A stretch of DNA of 63,429 nucleotides, counting the filler. It is 5 parts of 5 records of this genome, joined end to end, with 100 filler letters (N's around TTAATTAATTAA, not from the genome) between each part and the next. Parts side by side here need not be neighbours in the genome. Positions count along the whole stretch, not along the records: positions 49,931 to 63,429 come from DRR723986_16490; 4 more parts are not named here. One strand, written 5' to 3'. A program made the position numbers and the translations under genes. The notes beneath the pieces are model-generated. The model had not been told where the DNA came from. It saw nothing but the letters and a program-made list of their open reading frames with translations, and made no database searches. Below are positions 61,249-63,429 of the stretch, in pieces (the stretch's first letter is position 1; every line of letters starts with the position of its first letter).

Positions 61249-61831
61249 GCCGCTACCCTTCTCGCTGATCGAAAACGGATTGGCGGGAGACAAGACGCAG
61301 TTTCTGTTCAAGACCTGGCGCGAAAACGAAGGCATCATCGTGCAGGACAGCCGCATGACGCAGCTGAGCCCGTATCTGCTGATGACCTTGCCGACCGCCG
61401 AGCCGGGCGATGTGCCGCCGCTGACCTTTGTGGGCAAGCACAGCACCTTCCGCCGGTTCTTTCCACAGGCTCTTGACCCGGAAACACCACATCCGCCGAC
61501 CAGCTTCCTGCCCTCAGTCTACCGCCAGGGCGTTGCTGATGCCTACCAGATTGCCATGGAAGGCGAGCCCTGGTTCGACATCCAGCGCACAGGCAATAAG
61601 CTGGGCGAAGGTGTGCCGGACATGACGCTGCAGCGTCTCCTCGTGAAATTCCGCACCAGTGCCGGGTTCACGCGGATTTTCTGCCTCATGACTTTGCTTG
61701 AAGTCCATTCGCGATCCTATCAATCAGATCGCACACATCGTCAGCTGTGTTCGCAACAAAAATCAGATTGGCATCCAGCGTACCAGGCAGCGGCTCAACC
61801 CAGTTCAGTGCATGAAAGTGTGCACGGGTAA
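61226..61831 (+). CDS. Hypothetical protein, possible PAS_5-like fold
   Basis: GGAGG RBS; LFKTW...LSPYLL...FVG...Y...GEP...LQRLLVKF pattern recalls PAS_5 proteins. Confidence 0.6.
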   Translation: MSINTFVEPLPFSLIENGLAGDKTQFLFKTWRENEGIIVQDSRMTQLSPYLLMTLPTAEPGDVPPLTFVGKHSTFRRFFPQALDPETPHPPTSFLPSVYRQGVADAYQIAMEGEPWFDIQRTGNKLGEGVPDMTLQRLLVKFRTSAGFTRIFCLMTLLEVHSRSYQSDRTHRQLCSQQKSDWHPAYQAAAQPSSVHESVHG

Positions 61832-62402
61832 AGCCGCAGTCGCGCCAGAAGCCGTCCATGAAGTTGAAACCCTGCACCCAGCCGTAATAGAAGCCGGCGC
61901 CCCACTCGTCCAATGCCTCGATCTGGGCCATCTGGTTGAGCAGGCCGCCGAGCTTCGAACCGCGCCACTCCTTGGCAACTTCCGTCCCGCCCAGATAAAC
62001 AACGTCGCCGGTAATGCGCCGGCCAACGCGCGGCTGCTTGTCACTCAGCACAACCTTGCCGCCCTCCGCATCCGGGTAGCAGCGGTGAAAATACTTGCGC
62101 CAGAAATCGGTCAGCGTCATCGGATAGGCCATTCTGTCGAAACGGGCACACACCCGCCCGACCATCCGGTCTTCCTCATCCACCAGCGCCAGCCAGAACG
62201 CCTGTGAAGGCGTATAGGTGTTGAGACTGGGGGTAAAATGCCCCTCCAGCCGCTTCAGGCCGCTGGCCGCTGCCATGGCCTCGACAACATCGAAATCCGA
62301 CCCGCGGCGCAGCATCAGCCCCAGGCGTTGAAACTCCCTGTCTATAACGCCCCAGGCACGTTTCAGCTGTGCCTTGTCCAACTCGAAATCCAGTTTATGC
62401 AT
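61686..62402 (-). CDS. Hypothetical protein, possible GNAT-like fold
   Basis: AFWLAL...VGRVCAR...VVYLGGTEVAKEWRGSKLG resembles an acyl-CoA-binding motif A. Confidence 0.65.
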   Translation of the reverse strand: MHKLDFELDKAQLKRAWGVIDREFQRLGLMLRRGSDFDVVEAMAAASGLKRLEGHFTPSLNTYTPSQAFWLALVDEEDRMVGRVCARFDRMAYPMTLTDFWRKYFHRCYPDAEGGKVVLSDKQPRVGRRITGDVVYLGGTEVAKEWRGSKLGGLLNQMAQIEALDEWGAGFYYGWVQGFNFMDGFWRDCGFTRAHFHALNWVEPLPGTLDANLIFVANTADDVCDLIDRIANGLQAKS

Positions 62403-62834
62403 GGATGTCCCGTCTGATGTTGCCCTTCATCCGCATCCTGCAAAGAGCGGTCGCGTCAAACGCGGCGATCGCCTTGTTTGCCAATAGATTAAATAGGCAC
62501 CGATTTTCCCTGCTTGGCAGCACGTTAAGTTGTCTGCCAAGGCGGTCAAACAAGAAAAAATATCAAGGTTAAAACTTGCGGGTACCGGTTTGAAAGAACG
62601 GGAGTTTTCAACCGGAGATTCACCGCCCGCAAGGCAAGCTGGTTATCCACCGCTGCGCGAATGAAACCCCACGCGGTCGGATTTCCCCTTCACGAAGGGG
62701 CTATCGCCCCCCTTGGATTCGCACGGCCAAACACATCCTTTGATCAAGTTGTCACCGTCACCGGGCACAACTACCGTTCAGACGTTACTGTGCAAAGACT
62801 TGTTGATTGATATTGAACTTGATTGGAGAACACG

Positions 62835-63242
62835 ATGATGAAGCAACTTTTCTTGCTTGCTGCAATGTGTGCAATTTCAACTGGCTCAATCGCCAAGGAT
62901 CTTCCGGCATCAGCCAAGCCGATGACAGAAGCCGAACGGATCGAGATCTTGTCCGGCAACAAGATCGAAGGAATTTTCTACGGAAAAAACGGCAAGAAAG
63001 CCGGTGACTGGATTGTCGAGTGGAACGACAACGGCAACAAGATCGCCGTGGTGACCGTGACGGGTAAAAAGCCCGCGAAGAAAACACTGAAATGGGAAGT
63101 GAAGGACGGCCAGTTTTGTGAACAGGGCTTCCGGGACGAGACAATGGTCTGCGGCCACGAGAACACCTACTTCAAGGACGGCAACACCTGTTTCACCACC
63201 TTGAAGGATTCGAAATTCATCACGAACGAGTTCCCCTGCTGA
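62835..63242 (+). CDS. Secreted hypothetical protein (DUF995-like)
   Basis: GGAG RBS, signal peptide, PMT..E...LSGN, W.VKDGQFC, four Cys in mature part. Confidence 0.7.
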   Translation: MMKQLFLLAAMCAISTGSIAKDLPASAKPMTEAERIEILSGNKIEGIFYGKNGKKAGDWIVEWNDNGNKIAVVTVTGKKPAKKTLKWEVKDGQFCEQGFRDETMVCGHENTYFKDGNTCFTTLKDSKFITNEFPC

Positions 63243-63371
63243 TCGCAGAAACCACGCACTAAATCTCGTGGCCGTCGACCGGCGGCCACAGATCTCGACC
63301 AAATGCACAATAAGAAGCACGGCGCGAACTCGCGGCGCCTTGGCATTTGCATAATTTCCAGGAGAAGAAAA

Positions 63372-63429
63372 TGGTGGGTGAGTGGGGGCTCGAACCCCAG
63401 ACCCGCTGATTAAGAGTCAGCTGCTCTAC
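63372..63429 (-). tRNA. tRNA-Lys(CTT), 5' end cut by window edge
   Basis: Reverse complement GTAGAGCAGCTGACTCTTAATCAGCGGGTCTGGGGTTCGAGCCCCCACTCACCCACCA: CTT anticodon, TTCG T-loop, CCA. Confidence 0.95.

Noticed and set aside
60430-63372. Island integrated at tRNA-Lys
   Set aside because: No integrase and no duplicated tRNA 3' end found by eye

Overview
This 63.4-kb window is not one locus. It is five contigs joined by artificial 100-nt N/TTAATTAATTAA/N linkers, all alphaproteobacterial in style and possibly from more than one genome. Contig 1 (1-7386) has the thrS 3' end, a complete bufferin-type MNIO RiPP operon (DUF2282-DUF692-DUF2063-DoxX), ArsC/Spx, CspA, a P450, TraR/DksA, a palindromic element, an AT-rich K+-channel-like gene and partial thyX. 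Contig 2 (7487-29673) is island-like. It carries a Fic remnant, HipBA and AbiEi/AbiEii, then a 9.2-kb TetR-controlled catabolic cargo flanked by two ~290-bp degenerate direct repeats built from dusA 5'-end (att-like) cores, a microhomology junction between a truncated M61-like peptidase and truncated mmsA, valine/isobutyrate catabolic genes, a CoA-transferase and a partial sulfatase. Contig 3 (29774-38308) has an IS5 end, a GntR-linked ABC transporter/bicupin/aldolase/hydrolase operon and partial otnC. Contig 4 (38409-49830) has a LuxR-HTH/alpha-beta-hydrolase fusion and two orphan genes that all share one promoter box, gal-type oxalomesaconate genes with a VOC dioxygenase, an acyltransferase and a symporter. 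Contig 5 (49931-63429) has the pgi end, four tandem glycine-zipper lipoproteins, ald/Lrp, SMP-30, a PAVY-repeat secreted protein, trhO, a split PAS+MCP, malonyl-CoA decarboxylase, an orphan PAS-like/GNAT-like trio and tRNA-Lys(CTT). The best candidates for undescribed biology are the three-gene regulon at 39077-42523 and the dusA-att cassette structure at 11885-21345. All family calls come from motif recognition; no searches were run.
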